Shown here: piece by piece, positions 23,463 through 31,961 of the stretch
Layout: each line of letters starts with the position of its first letter
How positions within the stretch are numbered: position 1 is the first letter of the stretch
NCBI GenBank assembly: GCA_965223505.1
Contig: CBDCWP010000044.1
Coordinates: 192,001 to 256,000 of the forward strand
Direction: 5' to 3'
DNA: 64,000 nt
Origin: Planctomycetota bacterium
Lineage (GTDB): Bacteria > Planctomycetota > PLA2 > JAEUHO01
Translations under genes and position numbers: made by a program
The notes under the pieces: model-generated
Seen by the model: only the letters and a program-made list of their open reading frames with translations
The model's database searches: none
Told to the model about the DNA's origin: nothing

Positions 23463-24668
23463 TCACTTCGTGATCGAAGTCTCGTCGATCGTTTCGCCCG
23501 CCGCGTCGATCGTTCGGTAGGTCAGCGTGCCGCCGTCGATCTCGATCAGGACGAAATGGTGGACGGCCTTGCACGACGCGACGATCGGCCCGTCACTGAC
23601 GGGATCGATGCGCGAACCGCCGCCGCCGCCGGTGATGACGTACGTCACGCGATGGCCCTCGTCGACGACCTCGCCTTCCAGGATCGGACGGGAGCGCATG
23701 TACGTGTGCTCGTGCCCGGAAAACACCATGTCGACACCGTTCGCCTCGAAGACCGGACACAGCAGATCGACGAGCGTCTCGTTCGTGCCCCACACCGACG
23801 TCGAGTAGACCGGGTTGTGCAGCACGACGAACTTCCAGCGCGCCTGCGAACGCGCGAGGTCCTCCGTCAGCCACTCGACTTGCCCGCTGTCCTCGAGCGA
23901 GACGTTGCTGTCGAGGAACGCAAAGTGGCACGGCCCGCGGTCGATCGAGTAGAAGCGTTCCGACCCGTTGCGATCGTTCGTCGGCAGCACGAGCGCGTCG
24001 AGCAGAGGCCGCCCCCCGTCGCGTTCGACGTCGTGATTGCCCATCGCGATGAAGAACGGGATTCGGTCCACCAACGTCGCGTACGGGTAGAAGTATCGCG
24101 TTCGCACCTCGTCGGCCGTTCCGTGCTTGTAGGCGACGTCGCCGACCGACACGACGATCTCGGGCGCGGCCAGCTGCATCTGATACGCGACGCGGTACTG
24201 CGCCGCGCATCCCGATCCCGAATCACCCATGACAACGAAGCGCAGCGTGTCGCCGCCGTCCGCCGGCGTGCGGAACGGGTGCGTGCGGTCCGAGAACGCG
24301 TCGCCGACGCGAATCCGATACGTGTAGTCGGTCGCGGGCGAGAGGCCGGCCACGGCGACCTCGTGCCGATGCGCGTCGGCATCGCCCTCGAAGACACGCG
24401 TCCAGTCGTTCGGCCCCGAAACCTCGACGGCGCCGCGACAGGCGACCTTGGTCTTGTAGGCGATGACGATGCTCGTCGGCGTCGGCAGCGCGACCTGTGG
24501 TCCGTACACGATGCCCGCTTCGTACGGCGAGACGGTGTCGCACACCCGTGAGTGCACCCACACGTACTTGTAGACGTAGGCCCACCCGCCCGCGATCAGG
24601 CCGAGCGAGAGGAAGATCCACAGCCGCTTGCTGCGAAGGAGTGACCGCATCGGTCCGAAGTCTGCCAT
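23463..24668 (-). CDS. Purple acid phosphatase-like metallophosphoesterase
   Basis: GDSG, GDVAY, GNHD, SGHEH motifs; FN3-like N domain. Confidence 0.9.
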   Translation of the reverse strand: MADFGPMRSLLRSKRLWIFLSLGLIAGGWAYVYKYVWVHSRVCDTVSPYEAGIVYGPQVALPTPTSIVIAYKTKVACRGAVEVSGPNDWTRVFEGDADAHRHEVAVAGLSPATDYTYRIRVGDAFSDRTHPFRTPADGGDTLRFVVMGDSGSGCAAQYRVAYQMQLAAPEIVVSVGDVAYKHGTADEVRTRYFYPYATLVDRIPFFIAMGNHDVERDGGRPLLDALVLPTNDRNGSERFYSIDRGPCHFAFLDSNVSLEDSGQVEWLTEDLARSQARWKFVVLHNPVYSTSVWGTNETLVDLLCPVFEANGVDMVFSGHEHTYMRSRPILEGEVVDEGHRVTYVITGGGGGSRIDPVSDGPIVASCKAVHHFVLIEIDGGTLTYRTIDAAGETIDETSITK

Positions 24669-26261
24669 CTACCGGGGCGTGACGGACACGTATTCTCCGC
24701 CGGTCGTGCGTGCGATCAGCTGCATCAGCGCGCGATTGTGGCCGCGGCCGACGCCGACGGTGTGAACCACCACGCGATGCACCGAGTTCGCCGCGTGGAA
24801 CGTGGTCATGGCGCGGTCGATCGGACCCTGGCCGATCTCCGACCCGTCCTCGTCCGTGGGCGTTCCGTCGGTGAGCAGGAAGATCGTGTTGACGCCGGGA
24901 CTCTCGTACGCCTCGTCGCCTTCGAAGTCGTCCGTGTACTCGAGCGCGGTCATGAGCGCGTCGAACAACGCGGTCGTCCCGACCGGCTCGATCTCGTCTT
25001 CGACCCACTGGATCGCCGCTGCCTTGTGGGCCTTGTCGGCGGGCATCAGTGCCCGTGGCGGCTTCCAGGTGATCACCTCGTCGCTGTAGAACACGAGGTT
25101 GAACCGGACGTCGGAGGCGAGGCGCTCGATTGCACGGCGTAGCTCGTCGAGCGCCGACGCCATGCGCGTCCCACCTGGCCGGGGCTTGCCCGTGAGCGCG
25201 TCGAGACCGTTCACCGGCTTCTGCATGGAGCCGGACTGGTCAACGACGAACACGATTCGCTTCGACGGACTCGTGATGCCGTAGAACTCGGTGTCGTGGG
25301 TGTGCGTGTCGTCGTGGCGCCCGTCGTGCCGCTTTCCGGCCTTCCACGTGTCGCGGTTCTCGGTCCACCAACGGCTCCATGCCGCCGAGTCCGCGGAGAG
25401 CGACAGGCCGGTGAACCAGAAGAGCACACGCTCGATCTCCACGGCCAGCAGTCCGAACGCACGTTGCATGGCGACGACCAGCGGCTCGACGCAGCGCGGG
25501 TCGTCGAACGCGCGCAGGGTTCGAACCGCCGCGCGCCGCACCGGGAGCGACCGCGACTCGAGCGCCGTCAAGACCGCGTCGAACGCCTCGCGCATCTCCT
25601 CCTTGGCGGCGAAGTCGATCGCGCGCACGCGCGGCGCCGGCGGCGTGGGTCCGCGGATCAGCTCGATCACGGTCAGGCGTCCCCTGGCCGTGAGCAGGCG
25701 GTCCGGCTGCTCGAGCGCGGTCCGGTACAGCTCGCCGCCGTACTCGGCCTTGCGCAACGCCGCGAAACCCTCGGCGAAGAGCCAGTCCCACGCCGTTTGC
25801 ACGCGGATGCGACTCATGGCCGCCGCGAGGTGCCGGTCGACGTCGACCTCGATCTCCACGAGCTGCCTGGCAGCGCGATGCGCGTTCAGACGTTTCGTGA
25901 GCTGTTCTTCCTCCTTCTCGCTGATCTTCTTCTTCGAGCTGCGGTACTTGCGCGCCAGCTTGGTGCGGAACTCGGTCAGCTTCTTGGTCGCGGTGGCGAG
26001 GTCGCGATCGAGCTTGCCCTCACGCAGCCTTTGCGACGCGCACACCCACTCAACGATCCACTGCGCGGCCCGCGGGCTGTCGTCGTGGGCGAGGGCCTCG
26101 ATGCGCTCGCGCTTCTCCTTCGCCTCCCCGGGCGTTCGCGTGAGCCGATCGAGCCCCTTCGTGACCTTCTGCCACTCGTCCTCGGAGAGCTCGGCCCACG
26201 CGTCGCCGGCATGGCCCCACGCGAGGATCGGCAGGGCGAGCAGCAAGGCGGCGCGACGCAT
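24669..26261 (-). CDS. Exported HEAT-repeat + VWA domain protein
   Basis: HEAT-like [33 protein letters not shown]. Confidence 0.85.
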   Translation of the reverse strand: MRRAALLLALPILAWGHAGDAWAELSEDEWQKVTKGLDRLTRTPGEAKEKRERIEALAHDDSPRAAQWIVEWVCASQRLREGKLDRDLATATKKLTEFRTKLARKYRSSKKKISEKEEEQLTKRLNAHRAARQLVEIEVDVDRHLAAAMSRIRVQTAWDWLFAEGFAALRKAEYGGELYRTALEQPDRLLTARGRLTVIELIRGPTPPAPRVRAIDFAAKEEMREAFDAVLTALESRSLPVRRAAVRTLRAFDDPRCVEPLVVAMQRAFGLLAVEIERVLFWFTGLSLSADSAAWSRWWTENRDTWKAGKRHDGRHDDTHTHDTEFYGITSPSKRIVFVVDQSGSMQKPVNGLDALTGKPRPGGTRMASALDELRRAIERLASDVRFNLVFYSDEVITWKPPRALMPADKAHKAAAIQWVEDEIEPVGTTALFDALMTALEYTDDFEGDEAYESPGVNTIFLLTDGTPTDEDGSEIGQGPIDRAMTTFHAANSVHRVVVHTVGVGRGHNRALMQLIARTTGGEYVSVTPR

Positions 26262-26309
26262 GGGCGTACTCTACCCGTCCTCGCCGGGCGCCCCCTATGC
26301 TTGTCGTTC

Positions 26310-27206
26310 GTGCCCGAGCTGCCCGATGTCACCGTCTACCGCGAGTGCCTCGAACGACGTCTCGTCGGCGAGACGCTGGTGTCGCTTCGTGTGCGCAGCG
26401 TCGCGTTGCTGCGTACGTACGACCCACCCGTCGAAGCGGCGGAGGGCAGGCGGGTCGAGGCGATCGAGACGATCGGCAAGCGCATCGTCTTCGTGTTCGA
26501 GGACGAGCTGTTCCTCGTGTTCCACCTGATGATCGCCGGTCGCTTCAAGTGGCGCGAGACCGGCGTGAAGGTGCCGCGCAAGTTCGGCCTCGCGGCGCTG
26601 GACTTCCCCGCGGGCTCGTTGCTGCTCACCGAGATGGGCAGCAAGCGGCGCGCGTCATTGCACGTGCTGCGAGGACGGGAGGCGCTCGCGACGCACGATC
26701 CCGGCGGCGTCGACGTGCTCATCTGCACCCACGATCAGTTCCGCGAGGCACTCTGCCGGGGCAACCACACGCTCAAGCGCGCACTGACCGACCCACGCGC
26801 GTTCTCCGGCATCGGCAACGCATACAGCGACGAGATCCTGCACCGCGCGCGGCTCTCGCCGCTCACGTGGACCTCGAAGCTCGGCGATGACGAGATCGAG
26901 AGGCTGTGGGCCGCCACGCGCGAGACGCTCGAGCTGTGGACCGAGCGGCTGCGCAGGCAGGTGGGCGACGGCTTTCCGGAGAAGGTCACCGCATTTCGGC
27001 CCGAGATGGCGGTGCACGGCAAGTACAAGGAGCCTTGCCCGGACTGTGGCGCGCCCGTTCAGCGCATCGTCTACGCGAGCAACGAGACGAACTACTGCGC
27101 ACGCTGTCAGACGAGGGGCAAGGTGCTCGCCGACCGCGGCCTCTCGCGCCTGCTCAAGGACGACTGGCCCCGGACGCTCGAGGAGTGGGAGGCGCTGCGC
27201 GGCTGA
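26310..27206 (+). CDS. Fpg/Nei family DNA glycosylase
   Basis: N-terminal [24 protein letters not shown], zinc finger CPDCG..CARCQ. Confidence 0.92.
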   Translation: MPELPDVTVYRECLERRLVGETLVSLRVRSVALLRTYDPPVEAAEGRRVEAIETIGKRIVFVFEDELFLVFHLMIAGRFKWRETGVKVPRKFGLAALDFPAGSLLLTEMGSKRRASLHVLRGREALATHDPGGVDVLICTHDQFREALCRGNHTLKRALTDPRAFSGIGNAYSDEILHRARLSPLTWTSKLGDDEIERLWAATRETLELWTERLRRQVGDGFPEKVTAFRPEMAVHGKYKEPCPDCGAPVQRIVYASNETNYCARCQTRGKVLADRGLSRLLKDDWPRTLEEWEALRG

Positions 27207-27274
27207 TCGGCGCGGCTTCATTCTCGCAGCCCGTCTTGCCGATGGGGGAGCGGGAGTCCCGCCGGAGAGCCGCC

Positions 27275-28171
27275 GTGAACAAGAACGTCCTCATCGCCGT
27301 CGCCATGTCCGCCCTGCTCATGACCTTCGGCGTCGTGGTCGGACGCCAGACGCTCACCGAGCAACCCGAGCCCGTGGCGCAGCCGAGGCCTCAGCTCGAG
27401 CACGAGATGCCGACGCTCGGCGCGAATCCGGATGAAGCCGAGGACCTCGACGCGATGGGGGCGCTCATCCTCGAGCGGCTGACCCGCATGGAGCAGGCGC
27501 TCGATCAGCTGCAGAAACAACAGGCCGCGCTCGCCGAACGCCTCGACGACGCCGGCGAGATCGTGGAATGGCTGAACAAGATGCGACCCGCGGCAGAGAA
27601 GTCGCGTGAGCGCGCGCATCAGACCGCGGCGATCGCGACCCTTCGCAACGTGACCTCGGCGCAGGCGCAGCTCCAGGCGAGCGCCCGCGTCGACACCGAC
27701 GCCGACGGAACGGGCGAGTACGGCGGCTTTCGCGAGATGAGCGGCGACGTACCCGGACGCATGAGCAAGAAGCTGGTGCCGCCCGTTCTCTCGAGCGCGT
27801 TCCGCAAGCTCAACGAGTTCGGCGAAGCGACGCGCAGCGGCTATCACTATCGCTTCTATCTTCCCGGCCCTGGCGGCGAGGGGATCGGTGAGCCCCAAGA
27901 CGGCTTCTCCTCGTCCTCGGGCATCGATGCGCAGCTAGCGGAGTCGACCTGGTGCTGCTACGCATGGCCCGTCGACGACAAGTCCGGCAACGACTTCGTC
28001 TTCTTCATGAACCAGGCCGGAGACGTCCTCGGAACGAATGACGCGCGCTACCGCGGCGCCGGTAATGGCCCGGAGCCCGACGCGGCGTTCCTTCAGGGCG
28101 GGTCGATCGTCGGCCGGACCGCGGTGGGGCGGCGCGGTCAGGACGGCAACACCTGGCGTCAAGTCAACTAA
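27275..28171 (+). CDS. Membrane-anchored coiled-coil protein with pilin-like/DUF2950-like C-terminal domain
   Basis: N-terminal TM; AAIATLRNVTSAQ..DTDADGTGEYG; SGYHYRFY; CYAWP; FFMNQAG. Confidence 0.6.
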   Translation: MNKNVLIAVAMSALLMTFGVVVGRQTLTEQPEPVAQPRPQLEHEMPTLGANPDEAEDLDAMGALILERLTRMEQALDQLQKQQAALAERLDDAGEIVEWLNKMRPAAEKSRERAHQTAAIATLRNVTSAQAQLQASARVDTDADGTGEYGGFREMSGDVPGRMSKKLVPPVLSSAFRKLNEFGEATRSGYHYRFYLPGPGGEGIGEPQDGFSSSSGIDAQLAESTWCCYAWPVDDKSGNDFVFFMNQAGDVLGTNDARYRGAGNGPEPDAAFLQGGSIVGRTAVGRRGQDGNTWRQVN

Positions 28172-28288
28172 CGGCCGGCAGGCCCGATCGGCGGCGGCCC
28201 CGCCGGTGAGCCCGATTCGAGCGGGGTAGCTCTCACGTTCACATGTGTGAACGTCGATAGAGCCCCTGGAACCGTCCAGGGAACAGCG

Positions 28289-28852
28289 ATGAACAAGGAA
28301 AGCGTCTTTAGGTTCTTGTTTCGGCTTTCGGCCGAGGCACGCCGCCTGCCGACCCGCGTCGTTCTGCAGCGGTTGGTGAACGGGCTGGCGAACCGCTACG
28401 GCGCCGCCGGCTGCGCGATCTATCGCTATGGGCGGCTGCGGGGCACGTGCTGGGCCGACCCATCTCCGGAGCTCACGTCGCTCTCACCCGAGGATCGCGC
28501 CAACCTCCACAACCTCGACGGCCGCCTCGTCCAGGAGGCGATGACGCGCGGCAAGATCGTCAGTGCGCTCGACCTGGACGTCGACGGCGACATCACGGAC
28601 TTCCTCGACGGCGAGCTCGAGGGGATGGACATCTTCGCCTTCCCGCTCATGGTCGGCGCGCAGCCGCGCGGCGCGCTCATCATGTACCTGACGACCGAGT
28701 CGGAGTCGCTCGGCGAGACCGACATGCAAGCCATGCTCGCGCTCGGTGAGGTGCTCGAGGTCGCGCAAGAGCGCAGGGCCGACCAAAAGGCCGCGTCCGC
28801 GCGGCGGCCCGCGAAGCGGGGCAAGAGCCCGACGACACGTCGAGCCTCGTAG
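28289..28852 (+). CDS. GAF-like domain protein
   Basis: GCAIY..FAFPLMVGAQPRGALIM..DMQAMLALGE pattern. Confidence 0.55.
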   Translation: MNKESVFRFLFRLSAEARRLPTRVVLQRLVNGLANRYGAAGCAIYRYGRLRGTCWADPSPELTSLSPEDRANLHNLDGRLVQEAMTRGKIVSALDLDVDGDITDFLDGELEGMDIFAFPLMVGAQPRGALIMYLTTESESLGETDMQAMLALGEVLEVAQERRADQKAASARRPAKRGKSPTTRRAS

Positions 28853-28865
28853 CGACGACCCCGCG

Positions 28866-29468
28866 CTACGGGATCGTGTGCGTGACCATGAGGTTCGGCC
28901 GTCCGTCCGCGTTGGCCCACTGGCTCGTCGCGATGCGCGCGAAGTCGTTCTGTCCGTCGGCGTTCGTTTCGATCGCGAAGCGGAACCGCAGCGTGGTCAC
29001 GGTGCGTCCCGCGGCGACGTCGGCCGCGACGAGGTCCGTCACGTCGAGCGTCCACGTCGGCTCGTCGGTCAGCGCGTGGGCTTCCGCCGTCAAGGCCGCC
29101 GAGGTGGCCTGGGACGCTTCGATCACGCCGTCCCCGACGATGTGATCGACGAACAGCGGCCCGAACGTCCACGGCACGCCGGTCGGCACGCCCTGTTGGA
29201 GCGTCAGCTCGGCGTGTTGCACCGTGCCGATGCCGGTGATGTCGAACGCCAGGACGCCGATGAAGTGTTTGGCCAGACTGTTGTCGCCCAACGTCATCGC
29301 CGAGTTGGCCATGCTGTCCACGACGGAGGCACCGTTGATGTACCCCTCGCCCGCGGCGATCGAAGGTGCCTGGTCGTCGAAGGGGCCGAGCGGGACGATC
29401 GGCGACGAATTGCCGCCGCAGCCGCCGACGAAGAGCGCGATGAGGGAGATGAGCGTGAGATGTCGCAT
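28866..29468 (-). CDS. Hypothetical lipoprotein (paralog of 29481-30083)
   Basis: Lipobox VGGC-GG; shares FDxTGIGxVQxAxLTxxQG, GPLxVDHI, WTLDVT, ETNADG with neighbour. Confidence 0.8.
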   Translation of the reverse strand: MRHLTLISLIALFVGGCGGNSSPIVPLGPFDDQAPSIAAGEGYINGASVVDSMANSAMTLGDNSLAKHFIGVLAFDITGIGTVQHAELTLQQGVPTGVPWTFGPLFVDHIVGDGVIEASQATSAALTAEAHALTDEPTWTLDVTDLVAADVAAGRTVTTLRFRFAIETNADGQNDFARIATSQWANADGRPNLMVTHTIP

Positions 29469-29480
29469 GGCGTTGTCCTC

Positions 29481-30083
29481 TTACGGTGCGAAGTGCTGAA
29501 TGATGAGCGTCGGGCGTGAAGCGACGTCCGCGTTCGTGCTCGCCGTGATGCGGCCTTCGTCTTCGATCCCGTCGGCGTTCGTCTCGTTCGCGAATCGGAA
29601 GCGGAAGGACGTGGTCGCCCGTCCGGCCGCGACGTCGGCCTGTAGGTAGGGCGTGACGTCGAGCGTCCAACTGGCCTCGTCGGCGAGCGCGAACGCGGCC
29701 GCTGTGAGCGTCCCGCCGGCCTCGTCCGCGGGATCGAGGGCGCCGCCGCCGTCGATGTGGTCGACGAGCAACGGGCCCAGGGAGAACGGCGCGTTCGTCG
29801 ACACCCCCTGGTGGATCGTGAGCTGCGCGTCCTGAACCGCGCCGATGCCCGTCAGATCGAACGTCAACATGCCGATGATCGGCAGGTCCGACGAGCTGTC
29901 ACCCATGACCATGTTCACGGCGTTCGGGTGCGCGACGCCGTCCAGCAGCCAACCCTCGCCGGCGGGGACCGCGGGCGCCGCAACCTCGATGGTGACCGGA
30001 ATGATCGCCGGCGAAGAGGAACCGCCGCAGGCCGTGAGCGCAAGTAACAAGAGAAGGGTGAGCGGGCTGAGTCGATGGGCCAT
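29481..30083 (-). CDS. Hypothetical lipoprotein (paralog of 28866-29468)
   Basis: Lipobox LTAC-GG; same length (200 aa) and shared motifs; GGGAG RBS. Confidence 0.8.
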   Translation of the reverse strand: MAHRLSPLTLLLLLALTACGGSSSPAIIPVTIEVAAPAVPAGEGWLLDGVAHPNAVNMVMGDSSSDLPIIGMLTFDLTGIGAVQDAQLTIHQGVSTNAPFSLGPLLVDHIDGGGALDPADEAGGTLTAAAFALADEASWTLDVTPYLQADVAAGRATTSFRFRFANETNADGIEDEGRITASTNADVASRPTLIIQHFAP

Positions 30084-30128
30084 CGTCGTTACTCCCGTAG
30101 AACGCCGTTTGGCGCGCTGCCATGAGGG

Positions 30129-30152
30129 AGTCGTGCCCGCCGCTCGAAATTG
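30129..30152 (-). promoter_or_regulatory. Putative ECF promoter CAATT-N14-CGACT upstream of the twin lipoproteins
   Basis: Same bipartite motif and spacing as at 31903-31926 upstream of the ECF sigma gene. Confidence 0.5.
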
Positions 30153-30170
30153 ACCCGCGTCTCTCAGGAA

Positions 30171-31016
30171 TCAGCGCGCGAGGCCGTCGAGGTAGCTCCG
30201 TAGTGCGTTTCGCGCTGCGACCATCTCTTCGTCGGTCGATTCGATCTCGTCGACGTAGGTGCGCGCCGTCGCGAACAGGCGTTCGCGCACCGCATAGTGG
30301 GCGGTAACGAGCGCCGCGAGTCCGTCCGGCGCCTGATCCGCGATCGAAGCGATCACATCGGCGTGTTGCGCTCGCGTCGCGTCGTCCGCGACCTCGAACA
30401 CGCGCTTGATCTCCTGGCCGGCGAGCGTGTCGATGCCGCGCAGCCGCACGACGTACCGACCGGGTTTCATCGGGGGCGCTACGGCGCGCTCGCCCGAGGC
30501 TTCGTGCCTCCAACGCAGACCTTCGCCCTCGATCGACACCTCGACCCGGGACGCGCCCAGAGGACTGCGCCACCGCAGCTCTTCCGGCGCCGCGGTGACG
30601 ATGCCGATCGGTGCGACCCACGCGGCGCCGCCGCGCTTCGCGCCGTTGGCCGTCAGCTCTTCCGCACTGAGCGGCTCGAAGCCGTGGGCCGCCGTCGCCG
30701 CGGCCAACCGCGTCGCGAGGTCGTCCGCCCGGACGTCTCCGTCGTCCGAGACCCACCAGATGCCCAGCGCCAGCAGGAACGCGGCGGCAACGGCCGCAAG
30801 GCTGAACGGCAAGCTGGGCCGGTTCGTCTGCTCCTCGCGTAGCGCGCGAACGAGCAACATCGCCTCGGGATCGGCCTTGATCCGCGCCTCGACCTCCGCA
30901 CGTTCGTCGGCGGGCAACGCGTCGTCCAAGTACGCGGCGATCACGTTGGGATCGAGCGGCTGGTTGTGCAGCTGTACCAGAGGCTGCACGCGTTCCTGGA
31001 GCTCGCGTTCATCCAT
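30171..31016 (-). CDS. Putative transmembrane anti-sigma factor
   Basis: zf-HC2-like IAAYLDDALPADERAEVEARI (Zn ligands lost); single TM; extracytoplasmic domain; overlaps the end of the sigma gene. Confidence 0.7.
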   Translation of the reverse strand: MDERELQERVQPLVQLHNQPLDPNVIAAYLDDALPADERAEVEARIKADPEAMLLVRALREEQTNRPSLPFSLAAVAAAFLLALGIWWVSDDGDVRADDLATRLAAATAAHGFEPLSAEELTANGAKRGGAAWVAPIGIVTAAPEELRWRSPLGASRVEVSIEGEGLRWRHEASGERAVAPPMKPGRYVVRLRGIDTLAGQEIKRVFEVADDATRAQHADVIASIADQAPDGLAALVTAHYAVRERLFATARTYVDEIESTDEEMVAARNALRSYLDGLAR

Positions 31017-31848
31017 GTGTGTGTCTCCCGGCGCCCGGCGTGTCCATTGCCGCCGCCGTACGGGCCAACATGCGTTCCACGGTTTCGAACAAGCTCGACC
31101 AACCCCCGCCGGACGTGCTCCAGTCGGGATGGGTCTCGAACTTCGACTCGATCGTCGCCCGCAAGCGCGTCATCGCCGACTGCAGCAGTCGCGTGACCCG
31201 TGGGGGGCTCACGTTCATCGCGCTTGCGATCTCGGTCTGCGGCAGCCGGTGGCAGTACTTCAAGACGACCGCCTGCAGCTCGCGTCGTGTCAGGCCCGAC
31301 CAGGCGTCCTCGAGGGCCGCCCCGAGTCGTTCCGCCGTCTCGGACTGCGCGACGCGGACCGCCGGATCCCGATGTTCGGGGGCCGCGTGGTGTTCCGCGA
31401 CGGCGGCATCGGTCGTGGTCGCGCGCGCACGCCAGCGATCCGTGAGCCGGCGCCAGACCACGGTCGCGAGCCACGCATACAGCGAGCCGCGGCCGTCGTA
31501 CGTGCCGATGCGGGTCGCCGCGCCGCCGCGTGGCGGCGGCGCCGCCAGCGCGCCCCACGTCTCGTCGAGCAGCTGATCGGCCTCGCCGCGTGCCGCGCCG
31601 CGCTTGCGAAGGAACGCTCGCAGCGGCCGCTGGAATCGGGCCTGCAGCCGCTCCCACGAACCCGCGAGACCGGCGTTGCATGCACGTGCGAGGTAGTAGT
31701 CGGCCGCGGCCCGCGGCGGCCGGTCGCGTCCGAACTCGACGAAGTCCTCGAACGGCAGCTCTACACGGGGATGCTCGCGGCGGCCGGCCGCGTACGCCTG
31801 GCGGAGCGGTGCGTTCTCGGGCGGTTTCACGCGCGCGACTGCTTCCAT
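31009..31848 (-). CDS. ECF-type sigma-70 factor
   Basis: DYYLARAC; region 2 YDGRGSLYAWLATVVWR; region 4 LPQTEIASAMNVSPPRVTR. Confidence 0.85.
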   Translation of the reverse strand: MEAVARVKPPENAPLRQAYAAGRREHPRVELPFEDFVEFGRDRPPRAAADYYLARACNAGLAGSWERLQARFQRPLRAFLRKRGAARGEADQLLDETWGALAAPPPRGGAATRIGTYDGRGSLYAWLATVVWRRLTDRWRARATTTDAAVAEHHAAPEHRDPAVRVAQSETAERLGAALEDAWSGLTRRELQAVVLKYCHRLPQTEIASAMNVSPPRVTRLLQSAMTRLRATIESKFETHPDWSTSGGGWSSLFETVERMLARTAAAMDTPGAGRHTHG

Positions 31849-31902
31849 TGGGGGGCCCCGGGCCGGATTGCTGCGGGCGCCGGATTGGTCGCCCTGCACT
31901 GT

Positions 31903-31926
31903 AGTCGGAGCCGATTGCCGGAATTG
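31903..31926 (-). promoter_or_regulatory. Putative autoregulatory ECF promoter CAATT-N14-CGACT
   Basis: Minus-strand gggCAATTccggcaatcggctcCGACTacag, 55-78 nt upstream of the sigma ATG. Confidence 0.5.
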
Positions 31927-31961
31927 CCCCCCCAAAATTGGCGACCGGCTACACTCGGGCC

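Noticed and set aside
30081..30173. Anti-sigma TGA in frame with the downstream lipoprotein
   Set aside because: The lipoprotein has its own RBS, signal peptide and candidate promoter; the spacer does not look coding
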